64,000 nucleotides of DNA, taken from contig JAJDCB010000019.1 in NCBI GenBank assembly GCA_029261065.1, positions 11,659 through 75,658 on the forward strand. The letters run 5' to 3'. Numbering within the stretch: the first letter of the stretch is position 1; every line of letters begins with the position of its first letter. The position numbers and the translations under genes were made by a program. Positions 10,913-19,006 of the stretch are shown here, one piece after another. Below the pieces are notes generated by a model, which was not told the DNA's origin, made no database searches, and saw only the letters and a program-made list of their open reading frames with translations. The stretch is from Candidatus Omnitrophota bacterium (lineage in GTDB: Bacteria > Omnitrophota > Gorgyraeia > Zapsychrales > Zapsychraceae).

Positions 10913-11066
10913 CTTACACCTTAAAAGTGAACACTTGGAAATCCAAAAATATGTGCTATATTTACATTAAGGATCGTTGAGGGGGGCATATTTATGATGA
11001 TGCCTAAACACTTTATTTTCAATAGGTTAGTAAATATTTAACGATGAAAAATATTCAGTGTTTAGG

Positions 11067-11095
11067 TTTACCTATTAAATAGGCCATGATATAAT
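11067..11095 (+). promoter_or_regulatory. putative sigma70 promoter for the exeA-like gene
   Basis: TTTACC, 17 nt, TATAAT (11090-11095). The -10 ends only about 9 nt before the ATG at 11105. A 13-nt perfect palindrome CCTATTAAATAGG (11071-11083) sits in the spacer. Confidence 0.4.
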
Positions 11096-11104
11096 TGAGA
11101 CCAA

Positions 11105-11920
11105 ATGTATAAAGAATACTACAACCTCAAAGAAGATCCTTTCAACGTCACCTCAGATCCAGATTTTTTCTTCTCAAGTCTCAGGCATGCCGAGGCTTAT
11201 TCCCACTTACTTTACGGTATTAAACAACGCAAAGGCATCCTTGTCTTAACCGGTGAAATCGGCACAGGCAAAACTACGCTTTGTCGTACGCTTCTAAGTC
11301 GTCTTGATCACACCATTAAAACAGCCCTTGTTTTGAATCCAAAATTTTCTGATGTGCAGTTACTCAAACTCATCCTTAAAGATCTAGGCATTCAACAAGA
11401 CTTAAAGAATAAATTCGCTCTCATCGATGCCCTTAATGAGTTTCTTCTCAAAGAAACAAGCAAAGGAAATAACGTTGTCATCCTCATTGATGAGGCCCAA
11501 AACTTAAAGGTCAATCAATTAGAGCAAATCCGATTATTGTCCAACCTTGAAACGGAAAAAGCCAAGCTTCTACAAATTATTCTTGTCGGACAACCCGAAC
11601 TATATGACGTATTAAAATTACCAGAATTAAGACAACTTAATCAACGCGTAACGGTTCGTTATCATATTACTCCTCTTGATAAAAATGAAATGAAAGATTA
11701 TATCAATCATCGCCTCCTCGTTGCCTCTGGTGCGAACGCTAAACCAAAAGTAAAATTCACAGCAGAAGCCATTGAAGGGATTTATAACCTCTCAAAAGGC
11801 ATTCCTCGTATGATTAATATATTATGTGACAGAGCTTTATTGGCGGGATATGTTTCGGAAAACCCAGTCATTGATCTTAAAATCATTCATAAATGTGCCA
11901 GGGAGGTCGCTCATCGATGA
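11105..11920 (+). CDS. ExeA/GspA/MshM-family AAA ATPase (secretin assembly)
   Basis: Walker A GEIGTGKTT with ILIDEAQNL, and overall similarity to the general secretion pathway protein A family. Confidence 0.8.
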   Translation: MYKEYYNLKEDPFNVTSDPDFFFSSLRHAEAYSHLLYGIKQRKGILVLTGEIGTGKTTLCRTLLSRLDHTIKTALVLNPKFSDVQLLKLILKDLGIQQDLKNKFALIDALNEFLLKETSKGNNVVILIDEAQNLKVNQLEQIRLLSNLETEKAKLLQIILVGQPELYDVLKLPELRQLNQRVTVRYHITPLDKNEMKDYINHRLLVASGANAKPKVKFTAEAIEGIYNLSKGIPRMINILCDRALLAGYVSENPVIDLKIIHKCAREVAHR

Positions 11921-12435
11921 GTATTATTAATGACGCATTAAAAAAAGCACAATCAGACCTCACTCAAAACAACCAAAAAGAAGAAAAACCAAAAAAAACC
12001 ACAAAAAACATTTATGAAAAACTACATAAACCAAAACCTTCATCACAAACACCACAAGAGAAGACACCACCAAAGAAAAACAAAAACTTTCTTATCCCTA
12101 TTTTTCTCGTTATTATTATACTAGCTTTTTTAGGTGGATTAACAGCTTACTTACTCAAAGACAAACAACTCATCTCAAACATCAATTTTAGCCTGCCCAA
12201 ATTACCTAGCCCTATAGGTAAAACATCATCTACTAGAAGGAGCTATAACGATGGCGACCTCGTTTTAAGTGGCACAATGATGATGGAAGACAAACGAGTT
12301 GCCTTAATTAATGACGAGGTTTATGAAGTAGGAGACACCATTAATGGCAACCGCATCATGTCTATTTCTCTTAAAAAAGTTGAAATCATGAACCCCAAAG
12401 GAAAGACTGTTACATTACGCGTGGGTCGAAATTAA
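11917..12435 (+). CDS. GspB/ExeB/MshN-like single-pass membrane partner of ExeA
   Basis: ATGA overlap with the exeA-like stop. Lys/Pro-rich cytoplasmic N-terminus, one TM segment (FLIPIFLVIIILAFLGGLTAYLL), and a C-terminal beta-rich domain (VALINDEVYEVGDTINGNRIMSI) like the GspB C-domain. Confidence 0.5.
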   Translation: MSIINDALKKAQSDLTQNNQKEEKPKKTTKNIYEKLHKPKPSSQTPQEKTPPKKNKNFLIPIFLVIIILAFLGGLTAYLLKDKQLISNINFSLPKLPSPIGKTSSTRRSYNDGDLVLSGTMMMEDKRVALINDEVYEVGDTINGNRIMSISLKKVEIMNPKGKTVTLRVGRN

Positions 12436-13520
12436 GCTATATATTTTTTTATTGCAGAAATAATCTTAGACTCTTTAACACCATCAACAACCTTTACCTG
12501 CCCAATACCCCGAGCCAGCACAAATCTATTTTTGCCTGCTACAAATTTTTTGTCATGTCTCATCATCAGCAAAATTCTTGGAACTTTCAACTTTTTAATA
12601 CATTTTGGTAAACCAACTTTCGAGATAATTTCATTTAATTTACTCTCATCTTCCGTTGTAAGGTAACGATGTTGCACAGATAGATTAGCCGCAATCCTCA
12701 TTCCTAAACCTACCGCCTCTCCATGCTGATAAAGTTTAAATTCCCCAGCAGCCTCAATGGCGTGACCTACCGTATGGCCAAAATTAAGAATGGTCCGAAT
12801 ATTTTTCGTTTCTTTTTCATCCTTTAAAACAACCTCTGTCTTTATTTGCGAGCATCGTCGAACAATATATTCCAAAGCTATAAGCTTTTTATTCATAATA
12901 TCTTTACAGTTCTTAACAATATGATTAAAAAAACGTTTATCATAAATAACACCATATTTAATGACTTCTGCCATACCGTTTTTAATCTGACGCGTTGGTA
13001 AAGATTTTAAAACTTTCACATCACTAAAAACCATTCGCGGCTGATAAAAAGCCCCAACTAAATTCTTTCCAACGGGCAGATCAACAGCTACTTTACCACC
13101 GATTGCAGAATCGATTTGCGCTAAAAAGGATGTTGGCACCTGCACGTAAGGAATTCCTCTTTTATAAGCGCTAGCAACATAACCAGCCAAATCTCCAATA
13201 ACACCACCACCCAAAGCAATAATGAAAGGTTGCTTAAAAATATCGTATCGAGCAATCGCCGCCATCAATTGAAAAGCGACAGTAGCGGACTTACTTGCCT
13301 CTCCATCGGCTACCGTTAAGACTTTGCTCGTAAAGCCATGCCTTTTTAACGAAAGACAAATCGTTTTTCCATACAATCTATTTATCTTTGCATTAGTAAT
13401 AATGATGGCATCTTTCCCCACAGCCAACTTCTTTACATACAATCCTAATTGAGACAAGATGCCTTGACCAATATAGATGTCATAGGGATTTTGTTTAAGT
13501 TTGACACTAATCTTTTTCAT
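12432..13520 (-). CDS. aroB: 3-dehydroquinate synthase
   Basis: GGGVIGDLAGYVASAYKRGIPYVQVPTS and downstream metal-binding His motifs. Confidence 0.9.
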   Translation of the reverse strand: MKKISVKLKQNPYDIYIGQGILSQLGLYVKKLAVGKDAIIITNAKINRLYGKTICLSLKRHGFTSKVLTVADGEASKSATVAFQLMAAIARYDIFKQPFIIALGGGVIGDLAGYVASAYKRGIPYVQVPTSFLAQIDSAIGGKVAVDLPVGKNLVGAFYQPRMVFSDVKVLKSLPTRQIKNGMAEVIKYGVIYDKRFFNHIVKNCKDIMNKKLIALEYIVRRCSQIKTEVVLKDEKETKNIRTILNFGHTVGHAIEAAGEFKLYQHGEAVGLGMRIAANLSVQHRYLTTEDESKLNEIISKVGLPKCIKKLKVPRILLMMRHDKKFVAGKNRFVLARGIGQVKVVDGVKESKIISAIKKYIA

Positions 13521-14134
13521 TATATTTCAATTCCTAAAATATTACACATCACGCGAATGACAGGCAACAATACTCTTTCAAATACGCCCATATATAAAAG
13601 AATCATAACTATAACAATACCATATGGCTCAAGCCTTAAATATTTAATGGCTAATTGATTCGGCAATAAAAAAGCAACCAGTCTCGAACCATCTAATGGC
13701 GGAATAGGCATCATATTAAAAACAATTAATACTAAATTAATAATAACAGCATTAAGACAAACTTCAAACATCGCATCAGAAAGTTCAAGTCGTATTATTT
13801 GACTAAAAATAATCGCCAATACTAAATTCACTAAAGGGCCTGCCATCCCCACCAACATCATGTCTCGCTTCGGTTGACGTAACTGCGCCATATTGACAGG
13901 CACAGGCTTAGCCCAACCAAGTGGTATAACAGGATAACCTAAACTTTGAAGTGTAACAAGTATGCCGGGCAGGATGATTGTGCCGAATGGATCAACGTGT
14001 TTAATAGGATTAAGCGTTAAACGTCCAGCTTTTTTTGCCGTAGTATCGCCTAACCAATAAGCCACAATACCGTGAGCAAATTCGTGAAGAACAATAGCAA
14101 AAATTATGATAACAACGATATATAAAGTATTCAT
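13520..14134 (-). CDS. site-2 protease (M50) family membrane metalloprotease
   Basis: HEFAH (the HExxH motif) in the first TM segment, followed by multiple TM helices. Confidence 0.75.
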   Translation of the reverse strand: MNTLYIVVIIIFAIVLHEFAHGIVAYWLGDTTAKKAGRLTLNPIKHVDPFGTIILPGILVTLQSLGYPVIPLGWAKPVPVNMAQLRQPKRDMMLVGMAGPLVNLVLAIIFSQIIRLELSDAMFEVCLNAVIINLVLIVFNMMPIPPLDGSRLVAFLLPNQLAIKYLRLEPYGIVIVMILLYMGVFERVLLPVIRVMCNILGIEI

Positions 14135-14959
14135 TTAAAGAATTAAATGCACTTCCTGGACATCTATAACAGGATAGGAAAAGTGTGATTCCTCCGTTGT
14201 TATCAATTCTCCTTTAATGGAGACTTTATAATGAAGAAAATCATCGAGGATATATCTTAAGCCTTGTAGGTAATACGTTGGTTTACCATCGATGCTAATT
14301 TTGTGAGCTATAATATCAGAACCGGTTAAGGATTCTTGAGAAAGAAAACCTTCAGCCGTTACGCCCTTAGAAACAACAATCGTTTCAACAGGCATATTCT
14401 TTTTTTGTTCTTTCTTTAATTTTTGATAAAAAGCTTTTTCTTTCCTATCTTCAATTCTTGTCACAAGCTGATCAGGATCATAATCGTCTACAGTATTGGA
14501 GTAAAAGGTTAAAAACTTTTCATTAACCCAGCCATGACTATTGTCTAATGGTTCAATCTGATACCAGCCTGCGTTATGACCAGTCACAGTAACGGAGTCA
14601 CCCGCCTTAAGCTGCCCGAGTACTGTAAACTCAGGGCCTGCACCAGCACGCACATTAACACGAGAACCAATGACCTCCCCATTTCTTTCATCATGAAGAA
14701 GCACAAATTCATCGCTAATATACGATTTAGCAACTTTAGGAAGTTCAATCTTATACCAACTAAAACGTTTCTCAACAACGACCACACGGTCGCCTTCATT
14801 TAATCGGGAAATTTTTTCGAAATTTGTATTTTCACCAGCGCGCACATTAACATTACGCGCATTAACTTCTGCAACAAAAGGAAAAAACTCTTGTCGCGCT
14901 TGGGCTTGGGTACATATTGCCAATAGCAAAGCTATAGATAGAATTAATCTTTTGGCCAT
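14135..14959 (-). CDS. secreted protein with two bacterial SH3 (SH3b) domains
   Basis: Signal peptide, then two repeats of NVRAG...W(Y)(K/Q)IE characteristic of SH3_3 domains. Confidence 0.55.
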   Translation of the reverse strand: MAKRLILSIALLLAICTQAQARQEFFPFVAEVNARNVNVRAGENTNFEKISRLNEGDRVVVVEKRFSWYKIELPKVAKSYISDEFVLLHDERNGEVIGSRVNVRAGAGPEFTVLGQLKAGDSVTVTGHNAGWYQIEPLDNSHGWVNEKFLTFYSNTVDDYDPDQLVTRIEDRKEKAFYQKLKKEQKKNMPVETIVVSKGVTAEGFLSQESLTGSDIIAHKISIDGKPTYYLQGLRYILDDFLHYKVSIKGELITTEESHFSYPVIDVQEVHLIL

Positions 14960-15004
14960 TTTATGGAAGGATTAGAGTTGATTGTGATTTATCAAAAAGA
15001 TAAT

Positions 15005-15244
15005 TTATGCTTTATCTTCTTTAGGAGCATCTTCAGCGGCTTCTTCTTTTTCTTTCTTTTGTGCCTTAATCTTCACAATCTTGGTTTTAGGTAGGGATGT
15101 CACGGAACGACCATCTTCCCAAAGACCCTTTTTCATAAGATCTTTAATACGCTCAATTCGTGTTAAGACGGTTCGTTGCTGTGCTCCGGCCGAGTCTACT
15201 TTTAATGATGGATGTAACGACATTATAATCTCCTTACTAAACAA
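15005..15244 (-). CDS. small basic protein (hypothetical)
   Basis: The ORF is MFSKEIIMSLHPSLKVDSAGAQQRTVLTRIERIKDLMKKGLWEDG...; the start is probably at the internal Met (MSLHPSLK). Resemblance to the conserved 'small basic protein' family is from memory only. Confidence 0.4.
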   Translation of the reverse strand: MFSKEIIMSLHPSLKVDSAGAQQRTVLTRIERIKDLMKKGLWEDGRSVTSLPKTKIVKIKAQKKEKEEAAEDAPKEDKA

Positions 15245-15837
15245 TCTTTATATTTATTTTTTAACTTACTTGAAAATCTTTCCGCTTCTAGCTTTGCTAT
15301 AAATTTTCCGACACAGACAATGGAATGACTCCCCTTAGGAACGACATGAGACTCATAACCTTTTTTCTTAAGAGTCAACGCCTCTTTTCTGGCATTCACT
15401 TCACGCTTAAATGAAGCAACCTGAATCGTGTAATTATTTAAAGGAACGTCTTCTTCAATTTCTTCAATGGCAGGAATCTTTAATACTTCAATCTTCTCTT
15501 CCTTAACCTTTGAGCTAGCACTATTTGACCTTGCGGAATCCTTTTCAACAACCTGTATCTTTGTCTCTGTAGGAGGTTCAATTATAGCATTTTCTGTCAA
15601 TTTTGCATCATTATTTTTTGAAGCCTCTGCTGTTGAAAAATCCGTCATTTTTCCCTTCTCAACGCCATATGAAAAAGCAAGGACAAACCCCATAACGACA
15701 ATAATGAGAATAACAATAATATTTTCAATAGGAAAAGTTAAATCTCTCAGGAGGAATCTTTTTTTTTCAGGTTCCTGAGGATTATTCTTTGATTGTGGAA
15801 ACAACTCAAATTGGGATTGATTTTGGAAGTGCGACAT
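15223..15837 (-). CDS. SPOR domain membrane protein (FtsN/DedD-like septal peptidoglycan binding)
   Basis: One TM helix and a C-terminal YTIQVASFKREVNARKEALTLKKKGY...GKF SPOR-like fold. Confidence 0.65.
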   Translation of the reverse strand: MSHFQNQSQFELFPQSKNNPQEPEKKRFLLRDLTFPIENIIVILIIVVMGFVLAFSYGVEKGKMTDFSTAEASKNNDAKLTENAIIEPPTETKIQVVEKDSARSNSASSKVKEEKIEVLKIPAIEEIEEDVPLNNYTIQVASFKREVNARKEALTLKKKGYESHVVPKGSHSIVCVGKFIAKLEAERFSSKLKNKYKDCLVRRL

Positions 15838-15856
15838 GAAAAGTATTATACCCTAA

Positions 15857-16924
15857 CTAAGAGGTCAAACTCAAGTATTTTCTAAACTTTTTTTGCTTAC
15901 TTAGTGAGATGAAAGCACTTATGACTTTTGGGTCAAATTGGGTTCCACTGTGCTTTTTAAGGTCATTTATGGCCTCAGCAACCGTTTTTCGCTCTTTATA
16001 TGGCCTTTCTCGTGTCATCGCCTCAAAGGCATCACACACCGCCATGACCCTGGCTCCTAGGGGTATCTGCTCTTTTCGTAATCCTGATGGATAGCCAGAT
16101 CCATCATAATGTTCATGATGATATAAAATATAGGGGAGTACTGGTTTTAAAAATTCAACGGGTTTAATTAATTCAGCGCTCCTCGTGGGCTGCTCTCGAA
16201 TGATCTTAAATTCCTCAGGAGTCAGCTGACTCTTTTTAGCTAAAATTTCATACGGCACATCAATCGCGCCCGTCGCTCTTAAAACGCTAGCATAATACAA
16301 ACTATCCACCTCATCTTTAGGAATTTTGAGTTTCTCGGCGACAGATTTGACGATATTAAAATAGACCGGTGTATGGGTATTATTTGTTCGACCATATTGA
16401 CGCAATAAACTGCCAATAAATTTAATGCTTCCTAAAATTGCTTTTTGTTGCTCTTCGTATAACTGTAAATTTTTAATCGCCGTAACGGATTGTTCCACGA
16501 CAACAGAGAGCATCTCTTTATCAAACTCTTGAAACCTTCTCTCCTTCTTTTTTCTTTCGATAAATATCGCACCAATAATATCTTCACCCACTAAGGGAAG
16601 AGCAATCAAATGAGGTTCAAAGATGCTATAGCCTGATAAAACTTTTTTTTCATTATCGGTAATTTTTGCTAAATCTTTTTTCTTTGTAACAAGAATATTT
16701 ATTTTATTATCAAATATGGCCTTTAAAATTATTTTTTTCTTTTTAGGGTCAAGAATATAAATTGTCGAGGAACTTGCCTTAATAAATTGACATAACAAAC
16801 GTGTTAAACGTAACGTCAACTCTTGCAAGTTGTATGTAGAGTTTACTAACCTATAAACCATATGCACGGCAGATAATACAAGCCTATACTTTTTGGTAAG
16901 GATCGAAGAGTTTTTTGTGCTCAT
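15857..16924 (-). CDS. HD-GYP domain c-di-GMP phosphodiesterase with N-terminal sensor (GAF-like) region
   Basis: YHHEHYDGSGYPSGL is the HD-GYP signature. Confidence 0.85.
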   Translation of the reverse strand: MSTKNSSILTKKYRLVLSAVHMVYRLVNSTYNLQELTLRLTRLLCQFIKASSSTIYILDPKKKKIILKAIFDNKINILVTKKKDLAKITDNEKKVLSGYSIFEPHLIALPLVGEDIIGAIFIERKKKERRFQEFDKEMLSVVVEQSVTAIKNLQLYEEQQKAILGSIKFIGSLLRQYGRTNNTHTPVYFNIVKSVAEKLKIPKDEVDSLYYASVLRATGAIDVPYEILAKKSQLTPEEFKIIREQPTRSAELIKPVEFLKPVLPYILYHHEHYDGSGYPSGLRKEQIPLGARVMAVCDAFEAMTRERPYKERKTVAEAINDLKKHSGTQFDPKVISAFISLSKQKKFRKYLSLTS

Positions 16925-18053
16925 CTAGGGCATACCTATCTGTCATTGATGCAATGTAATTGCAACAAATTTCATATATTTCCTTTTCCGAATATTCAAC
17001 ATCTCGTTGATAAATCTTATAAGGAAGTTGATTTGGATTTTTCTTATAAACATCAAATAAATCATTAATAATACGTCGAGCCTTCTCTGTCATGCGCTCA
17101 ACTCGATAATGATGATAAAGTTTTTTATTTAACAAATTCTGAAGAAAATTTCTTTGCTCTGCCATCGCCGGACTATAACCGATAATCGTCTCTTTATTCT
17201 TTTTAACATCTGCTGATGAGCTAAAATTTTTCTCAGACAATTTTTTATCTGAATGAGCTAAGAGATCTCGGATTTGCATATCAAGCAAGGCTTTAACGAT
17301 CTGATACTTCATCACCTCAATATCATTGACCTTTAAAGCATCTTCAATCATTTTATAAGCGCGTTGCCACAACTCGCTATCCATCAAATCAGAATCTTCA
17401 ATGCATCCCGAGGTAAGACCATCATCAATATCATGTGTTAGATACGCCAGAGAATCCGCTATGTCGACAACCTGCGCCTCAAGGGTTGGTTGCTCTTTAA
17501 GATCTTCATCCTCCCCCTCAACATCATAGATCGTATTATGTTTTAGAATTCCTACTAACACTTCCTTCGATAAATTTAACCCATCATAATTAGGATAACG
17601 TTTCTCAAACTTTGTGACAATGTCATAGCTACGTTTATTATGATTAAATCCTGCGCTTTCTAAATTTGCCGCTTTAAGGATATCATCAAGAGCGTATTCA
17701 CCGGCATGCCCAAAGGGCGGATGACCTAAATCATGAGCTAAGGCTATTGCTTCTATAAGATCTTCGTTTAATTGTAATGATCGGCCAATTGTTCGGGCAA
17801 TTTGAGCAACTTCGATGGTATGCGTTAATCGCGTCCTGTAATAATCGCCTTCAAATATAACAAAAACTTGTGTTTTAGATTCAAGTTTTCGAAAGGCCTC
17901 GCAATGAACAACACGATCCCTATCACGTTGAAAACACGTTCTAAACTCGTGATCGTCTTCATTGTAAAAACGTCCGACGGAATCTTGGCTTTTCATCGCA
18001 TAAGGAGCCAAAACGTGTTGTTCTAATTTTTCAGTGTCTTTTCTTGTACGCAT
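16884..18053 (-). CDS. dGTP triphosphohydrolase-like HD domain protein (dNTPase)
   Basis: RTRLTHTIEVAQIAR...HDLGHPPFGH HD motifs, as in Dgt-like enzymes. Confidence 0.8.
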   Translation of the reverse strand: MRTRKDTEKLEQHVLAPYAMKSQDSVGRFYNEDDHEFRTCFQRDRDRVVHCEAFRKLESKTQVFVIFEGDYYRTRLTHTIEVAQIARTIGRSLQLNEDLIEAIALAHDLGHPPFGHAGEYALDDILKAANLESAGFNHNKRSYDIVTKFEKRYPNYDGLNLSKEVLVGILKHNTIYDVEGEDEDLKEQPTLEAQVVDIADSLAYLTHDIDDGLTSGCIEDSDLMDSELWQRAYKMIEDALKVNDIEVMKYQIVKALLDMQIRDLLAHSDKKLSEKNFSSSADVKKNKETIIGYSPAMAEQRNFLQNLLNKKLYHHYRVERMTEKARRIINDLFDVYKKNPNQLPYKIYQRDVEYSEKEIYEICCNYIASMTDRYALDEHKKLFDPYQKV

Positions 18054-18522
18054 CAGTTAATAATTTATGAACAGATTTAAGGGATTGAGAAATCACTTTT
18101 GTGGAAGCTGTCACAGGCATAAAATTGACATCTCCTTTCCATCGTGGGACAACATGCACATGCAAATGACCAGGAAAGCCGGCACCTGCTGCTCGACCTA
18201 AATTAATGCCAATATTATAACCATTAGGCTTTAATACGTCATCTAATAATTTTTTCGCCACATCTAACGCATCAAACAAATCTTCTCGCTCTTCCCTTTT
18301 TAGCTTGCTTATATCATTGACATGGCGATTGGGGACAATAAGCAAATGACCATTATTATACGGATATAAATTAAGAATAACAGAACTCAATTTTGTCCGC
18401 ATGACGACAAAATTTGTTTTATCTTTTTTTTCTTTCAATATACGACAAAAAACACAGGCTTTATTCTCTTTGATATGTTTGGTCACATACTGCTCTCGCC
18501 ATGGCGCCCACAATTTGTCCAT
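18031..18522 (-). CDS. HIT (histidine triad) family nucleotide hydrolase/transferase
   Basis: GHLHVHVVPR HxHxHxx triad, with an N-terminal LWAPWR motif. Confidence 0.8.
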   Translation of the reverse strand: MDKLWAPWREQYVTKHIKENKACVFCRILKEKKDKTNFVVMRTKLSSVILNLYPYNNGHLLIVPNRHVNDISKLKREEREDLFDALDVAKKLLDDVLKPNGYNIGINLGRAAGAGFPGHLHVHVVPRWKGDVNFMPVTASTKVISQSLKSVHKLLTDAYKKRH

Positions 18523-18523
18523 A

Positions 18524-19006
18524 TTATTCCTTTACTTTAATTTCTTTGGCGGTAATTTTATCATTCTTTAATTCTAATATCCCATACGCACAATAAGGAG
18601 CTGTAATCATATCGTTAGGGCTTCCTGGATTAAAATATAAAACATCATCAATGGTTTCATTAAAAGGTATATGCGAATGGCCAAAAATAACAATATCTAT
18701 GGAATCATTTTTAAATTTTTCTTTGGTAAATTCCAAAGTTCTTTTGGCTGGCCCTTCCCCATGAAATAATCCAATCTTAAAACCTTCCAACGTTATCACT
18801 TGTTTTTCAGGAAACAGCTTTCTTATCTGAGGGTCATCCATATTACCATAGACAGCCTCGACATCCTTTATTTTCGTAAAAATTTCTAAATCTTTTAAAG
18901 AACAAAAATCACCGGCATGAATAATAAGATCAACGGACTTAAAATCTTTTAAGAGTTGCTTGGGAACCTCTCGAGAATGTGTGTCGGCTACTATACCTAT
19001 TTTCAT
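18524..19006 (-). CDS. YfcE/MJ0936-family metallophosphoesterase
   Basis: MKIGIVADTHS...HAGDF...GHSH calcineurin-like phosphoesterase motifs. Confidence 0.75.
   Translation of the reverse strand: MKIGIVADTHSREVPKQLLKDFKSVDLIIHAGDFCSLKDLEIFTKIKDVEAVYGNMDDPQIRKLFPEKQVITLEGFKIGLFHGEGPAKRTLEFTKEKFKNDSIDIVIFGHSHIPFNETIDDVLYFNPGSPNDMITAPYCAYGILELKNDKITAKEIKVKE

Noticed and set aside
10981-10986. G6 homopolymer in the PilZ/exeA divergent promoter as a phase-variation switch
   Set aside because: Only 6 consecutive G; slipped-strand switches usually need 7 or more. Noted but not convincing.
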